From an uncultured Bacteroidota bacterium (lineage in GTDB: Bacteria; Bacteroidota; Bacteroidia; Bacteroidales; GWA2-32-17), in the NCBI GenBank assembly GCA_903872185.1, contig CAIQJL010000092.1, forward strand, positions 1 to 61,993: 61,993 bases of DNA, given 5' to 3'. The position numbers and the translations under genes were made by a program. Every line of letters starts with the position of its first letter. Position 1 is the stretch's first letter. This document shows, in pieces, positions 1 through 9,710 of the stretch. The notes beneath the pieces are model-generated. The model had not been told where the DNA came from. It made no database searches and was given only the letters and a program-made list of their open reading frames with translations.

Positions 1-1
1 C

Positions 2-328
2 ACAGAAGAAAAGATAATAAAAGAAGAAAAAACTATTTATAACAAATCTGAAATTGCTGATTTACCAAATGTATTAAAAACATTACAAGAAACTGCAACT
101 CCAATCTTGGAAAAACTAATTGCCCGGCCATCTATGTCAACTGCAGAGGTTTTTGCAGAAATTATATTAGAAACAGGTATAAAATACAAACTTAATGTTA
201 TAATAAATTATAGCAAAGAGCTTAAAGAATGTGTAAACAATTTCGATATTGAAAAATTAAAATTTTTACTAAAAAAATATTCTACAATTATTAATGATTT
301 TAATAATTTAATAAAAGAAAATATTTAA
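2..328 (+). CDS. 5'-truncated CDS, probably the C-terminus of a signalling protein (hybrid sensor kinase tail)
   Basis: Frame is open from base 2 (TEEKIIKEEKTIYNKSEIADLPNVL...) to TAA at 328, so the TTG start at 107 is internal. Product guessed from the helical tail and the adjacent REC-kinase gene. Confidence 0.4.
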   Translation, partial: TEEKIIKEEKTIYNKSEIADLPNVLKTLQETATPILEKLIARPSMSTAEVFAEIILETGIKYKLNVIINYSKELKECVNNFDIEKLKFLLKKYSTIINDFNNLIKENI

Positions 329-329
329 T

Positions 330-1445
330 TTATTCCATTAACGTTGGACTTACTGGTAAGTTTATATGAAAAGTAGTTCCTTTTTTATCTTCACTTTCAA
401 TAGTAATACCTCCTTCTAAAAATTCTATTATATCATTACAAAGAAATAAACCCAAACCCATTCCGGCTTCAGAAAAAATATTGTTTGTCATTATTTTCTT
501 TTCAATAGAAAACAATTGATTTATTTTCTCTTTATTAATACCCACACCCGAATCGCAAACATTAACAGAAAAACTACCATCATCTGAAAGACTATAATTT
601 ACTCTAATTTTTCCACCAAAAGGAGAAAATTTAATTGCATTTGTTAAAAGATTTCTTAAAACTATTTTTAATAGATCTTTGTCCGTTGTTATACTTACTT
701 CAGGGCTAACTTCATTAATAATTGTTAATCTTTTTTCGGTTAAATTAGATAAATATAATTGTGATAATTCACTTACTAGTATATATAAACTTAGGGATAC
801 TGGCTTAACTTTAATTTTACCAAATTGAACCCTGCCCCAAACCAATAAATCGTTAACTATAGTGAATGATTCTTTTATTGAATTGTCAATTATTTCTATA
901 GCTTCGCTAAGTTCGCTTATTTTATTCTGGTCTTTTTTTGTTTTCGCAACATTAGTCATGTTAGAAATAATAGAGAGCGGAGTTCTTAAATCATGTGCAA
1001 TTACAGACATTAAAATACTTTTAAAAGAGTTTTGATATAAAAGTTCCTTTTTTTGCGACTGTATTTTTAAATGTGTTGAAACTCTTGCTAAAAGTTCTTC
1101 TGTATTAAAAGGTTTGGTAATGTAATCTACTGCTCCTATATTAAAACCATGTGTTATATCTTTTGAATCGTTTTTAGCAGTAATAAAGATTATAGGTATC
1201 TCTTTTGTTGCCGGATTTTCTTTAATTTTTTTACAAGTATCAAAACCATTAATTCCAGGCATCATAACATCTAACAATATTAAATCAAAACTACGTGTTT
1301 TTAACCAATCCAAAGCATCATAACCATTTGTAGCAAACTCAATCAAATAATTAGCTTCTCTTAAAATATTTCCAAGAATTTGAATATTCTTATGCATATC
1401 ATCTACTACAAGAATTGAAGCTAATATCTTTTTATCTGGTTTCAT
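330..1445 (-). CDS. Hybrid response regulator / sensor histidine kinase (REC-HisKA-HATPase)
   Basis: ILVVDD, DLILLDVMMP and KPF receiver motifs; H-box IAHDLRTPL; N-box NLLTNAIKF; G boxes DSGVGI and GMGLGL. Confidence 0.93.
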   Translation of the reverse strand: MKPDKKILASILVVDDMHKNIQILGNILREANYLIEFATNGYDALDWLKTRSFDLILLDVMMPGINGFDTCKKIKENPATKEIPIIFITAKNDSKDITHGFNIGAVDYITKPFNTEELLARVSTHLKIQSQKKELLYQNSFKSILMSVIAHDLRTPLSIISNMTNVAKTKKDQNKISELSEAIEIIDNSIKESFTIVNDLLVWGRVQFGKIKVKPVSLSLYILVSELSQLYLSNLTEKRLTIINEVSPEVSITTDKDLLKIVLRNLLTNAIKFSPFGGKIRVNYSLSDDGSFSVNVCDSGVGINKEKINQLFSIEKKIMTNNIFSEAGMGLGLFLCNDIIEFLEGGITIESEDKKGTTFHINLPVSPTLME

Positions 1446-1598
1446 TTAATTTAAATATTCTGTTTGTAAATTTATAAAATCTTCTTTAAAAATACTCATG
1501 ATAATTATTTTGACGTTTTTTGCGAAATTATTAATTCCGTTTACTAAAGCTCTTTAGAAAAATAAATAATAGCTTCGACTCAATCGCTTATTATTTAT

Positions 1599-2666
1599 TT
1601 AGTTGCAACCAAAGAACAATTTTTTAGAATACTTACTTTCTTTATTATAAACACTTACAAAATAAATTCCAGTTTTTAATTCTGCCACATCGGCATTCCA
1701 AACAAACTCATTTCCTTTAGGAATAAATTGTTTAGCAATAACTCTTGATGTGCAATCAAAAATAACAATTTCGCTACCCACCCATTCTGAGCTATAATTA
1801 AAAACTACTTTTTTATTAGCAGAAAATATTTTCATGCCTAAATTATTAATGTCAGTAGTTTCAACAGTTGTTGCGTCATCAGGCACTAAATAATAAATAG
1901 AATCGGAACTATTATTTATAATCCACAAACCATTATCGTCACAAGCAACACCATTAGGATAAGCACCACCGGGAGTTTGAATTGATTGTAATACAGCATG
2001 AGTAACAGGATCAATCATATTAGTAGTTTGAGATGGATTATCATTAACCCATAAATATTTTCCATTATATGATATCCCAGATGGGAAGTTTCCCACCGAC
2101 TCGAAACCATGGCTTAATTGTAATTGAGAAGATAAACCAAAAAGCGAATCGTTTGCGGCAGCAGGATTGGGTCCTTTTGTATCATTAAACCATAAATCGT
2201 TGTCAGCAAAGCAAAGTCCAGTAACATAAAGCGGATTATAAATACTGGTCAAATCAATTGTGTCGATAATAACACCCGACATTGTATACTCAATAATCTC
2301 TTTTGAAATATTATCCAATATGTACATTTTATTATCATAAAAAGTAATTCCATAAGGTTTTTGAATTGCTATTGAAACCGTACCCACAACATTACCTGTG
2401 TTTGGAGAAACTTTATACACTACAAAATCATTGTATCCTGTTACCCATAACATATTATCATAAAACGCAATTGAAGTAGGAATAGTACAAGGTGATGGAA
2501 AGGCAAGTTGTACAGGTATAATTTGAGCTTCCATACTTTTAGCACTAACATTTAAATTAATTAATGGAGAATTGCAATCTGTTGGCACACCCATATAATC
2601 AAGACTTTTCTGAGCCCATGTTTGAATACTCATCAAACAAACTGTTATTAAGATTATGGTTTTCAT
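1599..2666 (-). CDS. Secreted beta-propeller protein with a T9SS C-terminal sorting domain
   Basis: Signal peptide; repeated blade motifs (PYGITFYD, TGLCFAD, PSGISYNG, PNGVACDD); CTD-like end LKTGIYFVSVYN...SKKL. Confidence 0.65.
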   Translation of the reverse strand: MKTIILITVCLMSIQTWAQKSLDYMGVPTDCNSPLINLNVSAKSMEAQIIPVQLAFPSPCTIPTSIAFYDNMLWVTGYNDFVVYKVSPNTGNVVGTVSIAIQKPYGITFYDNKMYILDNISKEIIEYTMSGVIIDTIDLTSIYNPLYVTGLCFADNDLWFNDTKGPNPAAANDSLFGLSSQLQLSHGFESVGNFPSGISYNGKYLWVNDNPSQTTNMIDPVTHAVLQSIQTPGGAYPNGVACDDNGLWIINNSSDSIYYLVPDDATTVETTDINNLGMKIFSANKKVVFNYSSEWVGSEIVIFDCTSRVIAKQFIPKGNEFVWNADVAELKTGIYFVSVYNKESKYSKKLFFGCN

Positions 2667-2795
2667 GTTTTTTTTATTTACTATGTAAAATTACATCCTA
2701 ATGAACTCCGCATCTAGAGCAGTTTAACCTAATTTCACAGGTATATTACACCAAATATTATCAGGTGTTTTTACGCATAAGTAAATTATAGAAAC

Positions 2796-3162
2796 TTATT
2801 CAACAAGCGACAACCAATTTTCTGCTGCTTTGATAGAAGAGAAAAGTTTAATGTTTACCTGAGCTTTATTCAATTTATCAATTAGCAACAAAGTGTAAGC
2901 AGTTAATATTGGGTCTTCCTGGACTATTGCCGCTATTATTTTAATCTCAGAATTATATTCAATTTTTTTTTCTGAAATAACCTATTTCATTTATCGAAAT
3001 ATCAATATTAGATTGGCTGAAATCGGCAATTATTTTAATCTTCTTATTATATGTAAGAGCAGGAAATTTTTGAGTAAACACTAATAATTCTTCAACGTTA
3101 ATTTTATTGCTAAAATTAACGTTGTATATTTTGTTACTTTGGTTATATTTGTAATTAACCAT
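2796..3162 (-). pseudogene. STAS/SpoIIAA-like small protein frameshifted at an A9 tract
   Basis: ORF 2959..3162 stops just after AGA+A-run (T9 at 2963-2971 on +). Removing one A reads on as ...RKKIEYNSEIKIIAAIVQEDPILTAYTLLLIDKLNKAQVNIKLFSSIKAAENWLSLVE* (stop 2796-2798), giving 121 aa with the F-x5-A-x2-WL end typical of SpoIIAA-like proteins. Confidence 0.7.
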
Positions 3163-3183
3163 AAACTGTAATTGAAAAACATT

Positions 3184-4293
3184 TTATTTTTTCAACACAT
3201 TATTAAAAGCAACTCTTTTATCGTTTTTATATGCTACTATAAATGCATCTTGATATTTAGTTGAACTAGAAATTATTCTTTTTGCTTCGCTTGCTGCTTT
3301 ATATGAATAATACTCTCCAACCATATATTTTACAAACTCCTGCTGATCTTTTTTATCTTCCGACAATGGAGTTAATCCATGAAACTCATTAACATCAATT
3401 TTTTTAGTAAAAGCACCTATCTGCACTTTATATACTATTAATTCCAGAGGTTCATTAAGCTCAACGTTAGCCTTAGTTTCATTTATAATAGCTTTTGTCT
3501 CAGTTAAATTAGAGATAACGCTTTGGGGTTTTCTTTCGTTTGGGGTATTTAAATCAGCAGATAAAATTGGGTATTCACTTTTATTAATTGGCATATTATA
3601 ATATAAAGAATATGCTTGTTCATATTTTTTTATTGCTTCTAATTTTAACAAATTAGCTTTTTTTAAATAATCTATTCCATCTTCAAAATTAAAATCGTAA
3701 CTAGCTTTTTCTTGATTTATATTTGCCTTCTTATATAATTCTTGTGCTTCTTCGTTTAATTCAATAATTTGTTTTTGATACTTATGATTTTTTGCCATTA
3801 ATACACCGGTTGTTGGAAAATGGTCTTCGTAAATTTTAAACAATAAACTATTTCCCATTTCAAATAGCTCTTCTGCATCATATCTTAAAGATATTTCATG
3901 TTTTTCTTGCCTATTTATTTTTTTTTCAATCTTTAACTTATTCTCAATTTCATTTGTGTTAACGATTGTTTTCTTAATCTCATTTATTTCTTTAACTACA
4001 AGATCAGCATCTTTTACACATTGTTTTGCTTCAGTTGATAGTTCTTTTATATTCAATAATAAATCTTTTTCTTTTAAACTTAGTTTTAAATGCTTTGTAA
4101 TCTTTTCGCTTTTTACTTGTCTAATAGATTGTTCCAATTCACTATTTTCAAGTTTGTTCATATTTATATTTGCAACTAACTTTTTATCATTATTTGACTG
4201 TTGTGAAAAACTTGTAACATTTGAAAATAAAAAAACAAATGCTATGAATGTTGTTTTATTAAACATTCGTATTCTCGAAAAAATTAATTTCAT
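3184..4293 (-). CDS. Exported coiled-coil protein with a C-terminal SPOR-like domain (paralog A)
   Basis: Signal peptide; C-terminal YKVQIGAF...KYMVGEY...DAFIVAYKN. Confidence 0.7.
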   Translation of the reverse strand: MKLIFSRIRMFNKTTFIAFVFLFSNVTSFSQQSNNDKKLVANINMNKLENSELEQSIRQVKSEKITKHLKLSLKEKDLLLNIKELSTEAKQCVKDADLVVKEINEIKKTIVNTNEIENKLKIEKKINRQEKHEISLRYDAEELFEMGNSLLFKIYEDHFPTTGVLMAKNHKYQKQIIELNEEAQELYKKANINQEKASYDFNFEDGIDYLKKANLLKLEAIKKYEQAYSLYYNMPINKSEYPILSADLNTPNERKPQSVISNLTETKAIINETKANVELNEPLELIVYKVQIGAFTKKIDVNEFHGLTPLSEDKKDQQEFVKYMVGEYYSYKAASEAKRIISSSTKYQDAFIVAYKNDKRVAFNNVLKK

Positions 4294-4534
4294 GTCTGTT
4301 TTTTTTAATATTAGTTAAAATTAATTACTACTCTAAATGAAAACAAGAGTATTAATACCCGAATATTTTTAAGTAATTTTACTAACTTTTGTTATATTAT
4401 TTGTAAAAACAGTTGAATTAATTTTTCTTTATTAAAATGAAATTTTAAGTTTTATAGCCGACTTAACACTAGGGCTAATTGCCTGCCCTTAAACTTATTG
4501 CGACTAATCTATTTATTTGATTAATTTAAATTTA

Positions 4535-4655
4535 ATGAACTTATTTTATAATATAATTAGTAAAAAGACCGCCATTAATTATATTCCATGGTTCTTCAGA
4601 TAATTGGGTTATAAAGTAAAAATTATTGAAAATAATATTTAGAATTGTTCCTATT
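4535..4655 (+). pseudogene. Decayed copy of the 5' end of the ybfF-like hydrolase gene at 6145
   Basis: 4567-4591 matches 6179-6203 at 21/25 and 4592-4610 matches 6213-6231 at 16/19, with a 9-nt deletion between them. ATG AAC TTA TTT TAT at 4535 parallels ATG GAA TTG TTT TAC at 6145. Contains a frameshift and a stop. Confidence 0.75.
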
Positions 4656-4691
4656 ATTTCTAAAAATTAATTTGGACAGCTATATAAAAAT

Positions 4692-5924
4692 CTAATATTC
4701 TTTTTTGTTTTTTATATCATTATTCAGAACTATTCTTTTTTGATTTTTATAAGCAACAACAAAAGCATCTTTATAAGGAGTTGTTATTGAAATAATTCTT
4801 CTGGCTTCATTTGCTGCTTTGAATGAAAAATATTCACCTACCATATATTTAGAAAATCCTGCTTGATCTTTTTTATCTTCAAATAAAGGATATAGACCAT
4901 TAAATTCTTTAACGTTAACTGTTTTCCTAAAGGCACCTACCTGAACTTTAAAAACGACTCTGTTTTCCATATTGTTAAATGACTTGATTTCTGCAGGCTT
5001 AGCCTGATTTAATGTGTCTTCTGCTATATTTTTGTCAACTTTTGCAAATTTAATAGCATTTGTATCTAAAGAATTGTTTTTTATCATCTCTGTTGATTTG
5101 ATATCATTAACATTCTCAATTATATTTTTTTTGGCTAATTCTTCCTTATTATTAAGACTATTATTTTGCACATTATTGTCGCTTAACTGAGTGCTAGTTT
5201 CTGAATTGCTATCATTTTGAATATTATAATATAAATAATACAACTGTTCAAATTTTATTATCGCCTCTCTTTGATAAAATGTTGCTCTTTTTAAATATTC
5301 TAACTCTTCTTTATATTCTAAATCAATATTATCATTATCCTTTATTTTTATGGCTTTTGCGAATGACTCTTTTGCTTGTTTTACTATATTATTTATTTGC
5401 TGCTTTTTGTTAATCTCAATTTTTTCGATATCAGAAATTGAAGGAACATGATTCTCATAAATATTAAATAAGAGACTATTACCAATTTGATACAATTCTT
5501 CAGCATCATATTTATAAGTTATTTCGCTATTTTCTTTTCTAACAATTTTCTTATACGACTTTAACTTACTAGATTGATCTTCCGAGGAATTAATCATTTT
5601 CTGAGTTTCTGCAACTATCTCCTCATGAACTATTTCAGCCTCTTTTAAGCCATCTAAAGCTTCACTAAACGATTTCTTTATCTCAATTATTAGATTTTTC
5701 TCGTTAGTCTCTAAATTCATTTTTTGTGAAATTTTTTCAAATTTCTCAAGGCAAGTAGATTGTTCATCTATATTACTTTCAGATATATTTATTGGAATTC
5801 CTACTGAGGTCTTTTTAATAGATTTTAACGACTGTGAAAAACAGTAAAAATTAGAAATAAAAAGTACAAATATTAAGATAAAAAATTTATTATACTTTTG
5901 GCTTTTTAAAACAATTTGCTTCAT
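4692..5924 (-). CDS. Exported coiled-coil protein with a C-terminal SPOR-like domain (paralog B)
   Basis: Same layout as 3184..4293; C-terminal FKVQVGAF...EDKKDQ...KYMVGEYFSFKAA...DAFVVAYKN. Confidence 0.7.
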   Translation of the reverse strand: MKQIVLKSQKYNKFFILIFVLFISNFYCFSQSLKSIKKTSVGIPINISESNIDEQSTCLEKFEKISQKMNLETNEKNLIIEIKKSFSEALDGLKEAEIVHEEIVAETQKMINSSEDQSSKLKSYKKIVRKENSEITYKYDAEELYQIGNSLLFNIYENHVPSISDIEKIEINKKQQINNIVKQAKESFAKAIKIKDNDNIDLEYKEELEYLKRATFYQREAIIKFEQLYYLYYNIQNDSNSETSTQLSDNNVQNNSLNNKEELAKKNIIENVNDIKSTEMIKNNSLDTNAIKFAKVDKNIAEDTLNQAKPAEIKSFNNMENRVVFKVQVGAFRKTVNVKEFNGLYPLFEDKKDQAGFSKYMVGEYFSFKAANEARRIISITTPYKDAFVVAYKNQKRIVLNNDIKNKKEY

Positions 5925-6144
5925 AAATATTTGATTTGAAAATTATGTAAAATTAATCACTTTACTATTTGAATACAAGAGAAATAACACCTATAAAATT
6001 TTTAGTGTTTTACCTTAAATAATTATAGGTGTTTGCATAAATGTTTTAATTAACCTTACTTTTATAAAATAAAAAATACATTTAATTTAACACTCCAAAA
6101 ATACATTATCTTATATTAATCAGTACATTACTAAAATTTTATAA

Positions 6145-6948
6145 ATGGAATTGTTTTACAGAAAAATAGGCATAAGCGGACCACCATTAATTATTCTTCA
6201 TGGTTTATATGGTTCGTCGGATAATTGGATTTCTGTTGCAAAACTTCTTGAAAACCATTTTGAGATTTTTTTAATTGATCAACGTAATCATGGAAAGTCA
6301 CCACACTCAAATGATTTTAACTATGAACTTTTAAGTAATGACCTATTTGAATTTTTTGCTAAACACAATATTGTAAAAGCATCTATAATCGGGCACTCTA
6401 TGGGTGGGAAAGCTGCAATGTTTTTTGCTAAAAAATATCCCGAATTAATAAACTCATTACTTATTATAGACATTGCTCCAAAAAATTATCAAAACATTTA
6501 TAGCCCCGAACTTGTAACACATAACAAAATTATTGAAACTTTACTTTCAATAAACTTAAATGAGCTAAAAAGTCGCGAACAAGCCGACGAAGAAATGGCA
6601 AAAAATATTGATTCAATAAAACTAAGATCTTTTCTACTTAAAAACCTACATCGAAATAAAAACGGAAATTTTGAATGGTTATTAAATTTAAAATCTATCT
6701 CAGAAAACTTTAACAATATTGCAGATGGATTCGAAAAAATTGAATGGGAAAATATAGAAATTTCGGGATTTCCTGTGCTATTTGTTAAAGGAGAAAATTC
6801 TAAATATATTTTAGATGAAGATTTGCTATTAATTAATAAACTTTTTCCAGCAACTGAAATATTTGAACTATCTAACACAGGACATTGGCTTCATGCAGAA
6901 AAACCGAATGATCTTGCAGATAAAATTATTTCTTTTATTTTAAATTAA
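6145..6948 (+). CDS. ybfF: Alpha/beta-fold hydrolase, YbfF esterase-like
   Basis: LHGLYGSSDNW, DQRNHGKS, nucleophile elbow GHSMGGK, catalytic His in GHWLHAE. Confidence 0.88.
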   Translation: MELFYRKIGISGPPLIILHGLYGSSDNWISVAKLLENHFEIFLIDQRNHGKSPHSNDFNYELLSNDLFEFFAKHNIVKASIIGHSMGGKAAMFFAKKYPELINSLLIIDIAPKNYQNIYSPELVTHNKIIETLLSINLNELKSREQADEEMAKNIDSIKLRSFLLKNLHRNKNGNFEWLLNLKSISENFNNIADGFEKIEWENIEISGFPVLFVKGENSKYILDEDLLLINKLFPATEIFELSNTGHWLHAEKPNDLADKIISFILN

Positions 6949-7655
6949 GCGTGCTCTATATTTTCATCTAAAAGAAGAGGTTCACCTTTATATCTCAATA
7001 AAAGTTGAGCTAAAGCTAAAACATCTTTTTCGCAATATTTCACAATTCTTGGCAAGTCTTTTTCTACATAATAAACTCTTGCAACATCGGCGCCCGAAAT
7101 ATCATCTTTAGGAGTAGGAATATCAAAAATAGCAGTTAACAAATTTAACGATGTATAATGTTTATAATCGCCAAACTTCCATAATTCAAGTGTATCTAAA
7201 TGCTTTATTTCCCATGGTTTTTTGCCAGAATTATCTAAAATTTTGGGTAGTTTAAGTCCATTAATTAAACCCCTTCTTGCTATATAAGGATAATCGAATT
7301 CTTTACCATTATGAGCACAAAGAATATGATCGTTAGAATTAAAATGAGAAACCAGCATTTGAAAAAATTCCTCTAGCAACTTCTTTTCATCATCTCCAGA
7401 AAAAGATTTAAGTCTAATTTTCTTATCACCTTTTTCAGAAATAACACCAACAGAGATACAAATTATTTTACCAAACTCTGCAAAAATTCCTGCACGTTCA
7501 TATACCTCATCAGAAGATTTTTCATCACGAAAAGTTTTTGCTTTATCGTCCCAAAGTTTTTGAAATTTATTTGAAACATCAGAATAAGTTGGAAACTGAG
7601 GTACTGTTTCTATATCAAGAAACAAAATATTTGAGATTCTAATTTCATCAAGCAT
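6945..7655 (-). CDS. PolB-like 3'-5' exonuclease (DEDD)
   Basis: FLDIETVP (ExoI), HNGKEFDYP (ExoII), YCEKDV (ExoIII). Confidence 0.85.
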   Translation of the reverse strand: MLDEIRISNILFLDIETVPQFPTYSDVSNKFQKLWDDKAKTFRDEKSSDEVYERAGIFAEFGKIICISVGVISEKGDKKIRLKSFSGDDEKKLLEEFFQMLVSHFNSNDHILCAHNGKEFDYPYIARRGLINGLKLPKILDNSGKKPWEIKHLDTLELWKFGDYKHYTSLNLLTAIFDIPTPKDDISGADVARVYYVEKDLPRIVKYCEKDVLALAQLLLRYKGEPLLLDENIEHA

Positions 7656-8274
7656 GGCCTGTTGTTTTATTTAGTTTTCTTTCAATAAAATGCGTTAAAA
7701 TATCAATTGCAACTAAATTATCGCCTCCTTGAGGGACAATTAAATCGGCAAAAGATTTTGTAGGTTCAATAAACTGAATATGTGATGGCTTTACAGTTTT
7801 AATATATCTTTCTAATACTTTATCTACTGATCTTCCTCTTTCAATTATATCACGTTTAATAACCCTAATAAGCCTGTCGTCAGCATCAGCATCAACAAAG
7901 ACTTTGATGTCACAAATATTGCGCAATTTAGGATTTGTGAAAATTAATATCCCTTCAACAATCACAACTTTTTTAGGCTGAACAGGAATAAATTCAGAAG
8001 AACGGGTACATGTTAAATAAGAATATATAGGCATTGGAATTGTCTCGCCTTTCTTTAAACGACTAATATGATCAACAAGTAAATCAAATTCAACTGCATT
8101 TGGATGATCGAAATTAATTTCCAACCTTTCATCCATTGGCATTTTACTATTATCTCTGTAATACGCATCCTGGGGCATAACAACAACTTCATCTTTTGGA
8201 CAACGCTCAATAATTTTTTTAACAACTGTTGTCTTTCCCGAGCCAGTTCCGCCAGCAATGCCTATAATTAACAT
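7648..8274 (-). CDS. udk: Uridine kinase
   Basis: IGIAGGTGSGKTT, QDAYY, NFDHP, EGILI, FIEPTK. Confidence 0.95.
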   Translation of the reverse strand: MLIIGIAGGTGSGKTTVVKKIIERCPKDEVVVMPQDAYYRDNSKMPMDERLEINFDHPNAVEFDLLVDHISRLKKGETIPMPIYSYLTCTRSSEFIPVQPKKVVIVEGILIFTNPKLRNICDIKVFVDADADDRLIRVIKRDIIERGRSVDKVLERYIKTVKPSHIQFIEPTKSFADLIVPQGGDNLVAIDILTHFIERKLNKTTGHA

Positions 8275-8429
8275 ATTATAAATTTTACCACAATATATGA
8301 AGTTGTTTTATATTCTAAAAATTTTTTTAATCTCTTTTTAACATCTTTATTTAGTTTTTTATTAGCAGGCTGCCTATTTGTGAATTATCCAAAAAATTCA
8401 TTAGATTTGCTTTACTAATTCCCTGTAAT

Positions 8430-9500
8430 ATGAAAAACATTTTATTCTTTTTAATTTTTACAGTTGCAATATTTTCATGTAAAAAAGACAAACCAGAGCC
8501 TGCACCAACTATTCCAAATAGCGCAAATGCCTTAATCACTTTTTCAATTCCAGGCCAGTTATCTTCAGTTATTAGCCCAGGTGCACATACTGTAGTTATT
8601 ACTATGCCTTTTGATGTTAAACTTGACAGTCTTGTTGCTGCAAATTTCACCATTCCATCAGGAGCTACAATAAAAATTGGAACCATACCTCAAACAAGTG
8701 ACGTAACTTTAAATAATTTTATTTCTCCCATTACTTATACTATTACTGCAGAAAACGGAACAGCAATACAAGATTGGACTATTACTGCCGATTATGAAAC
8801 GTATTCATATTTATTAGAAGATTTTCCTACAACAAATGAATCATTCTATATGGAAATTGATAGTACTAATTTACAAGGATATTCACTTGAAACTCCTGGT
8901 AAAGGTAAAATTTGGAGTTTTTTAGGGCTAGGTATTGAAGCAACGGATACTTTAGATTTTCTTTCACCTTCTGCTCATCCTGCAGGCTCACAATTTCCAA
9001 GCGCATCAGTAGTTGTAAAAGATCATAGTTCCTCTTTTGATATGTTTGCTTCAAATTCAAGCACTAAATCAGAGCTAATTGGAATGTATGGTTCTGTAAA
9101 TGGAATGCTTATTTCTGTTCCAACAACAAATCGTTTAACCACGTTAAAATTTCCATCAGAGTTTGGTGTAAATTTTATTGATGACGGTGCTTTGCAAAAA
9201 GACACATCTATAACATATTCAGGATTTCCTGTTACTGTATCATTACAGGTTGATATTAATACTGAGAGTAATATTGATGCTAATGGAATTGTAAAAACAC
9301 CCATTGGAATTTTTAAATGTGTTCGCGAACATAATGTACAAATAAGACATACTCAGGTATTAGTTGCAGGTGCTTCATACCTGGATCAATCTGACACAAC
9401 CCGCACTTATAATTATTACAACAAAGAAAAAGGTTATCCTGTTATTATTGTAGAGGTTGATGCTTCAGAAAACATTAAAAAAATTAAACATCAAAAATAA
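8430..9500 (+). CDS. Lipoprotein with an N-terminal Ig-like (DUF5018-type) domain
   Basis: Lipobox IFSC-KKD; motif F..PITYTITAENG; function unknown. Confidence 0.6.
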   Translation: MKNILFFLIFTVAIFSCKKDKPEPAPTIPNSANALITFSIPGQLSSVISPGAHTVVITMPFDVKLDSLVAANFTIPSGATIKIGTIPQTSDVTLNNFISPITYTITAENGTAIQDWTITADYETYSYLLEDFPTTNESFYMEIDSTNLQGYSLETPGKGKIWSFLGLGIEATDTLDFLSPSAHPAGSQFPSASVVVKDHSSSFDMFASNSSTKSELIGMYGSVNGMLISVPTTNRLTTLKFPSEFGVNFIDDGALQKDTSITYSGFPVTVSLQVDINTESNIDANGIVKTPIGIFKCVREHNVQIRHTQVLVAGASYLDQSDTTRTYNYYNKEKGYPVIIVEVDASENIKKIKHQK

Positions 9501-9710
9501 TTGCAATAAGTTTATTGTGCTTTTGTATATAAAATTTAATTTTTTGTTACAAGAATAAAATACTTTATCAGGTGAAAATACCTGCGTAAATATTTCAAAA
9601 AACCGTAATAATACTCTTTTTTAATTAACTTAATTAAAGGAACTTTGATTATAAAAGTATCTTTTACTAGCATTCTATTTTTTCAAGAGATATTATTTTC
9701 AGACTAAAAA

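Noticed and set aside
1561-1599. AT-rich hairpin after the beta-propeller gene
   Set aside because: The stem is nearly all A/T with bulges, too weak to call a terminator.
3956-4318. 120-aa ORF on the + strand
   Set aside because: Antisense shadow of the SPOR-like gene, with no motifs.
6498-6878. 126-aa ORF on the - strand
   Set aside because: Lies entirely antisense within ybfF.
8055-9304. Small ORFs 8055..8258, 8351..8686, 8866..9060 and 9023..9304
   Set aside because: Out-of-frame or antisense overlaps with udk and the lipoprotein gene.
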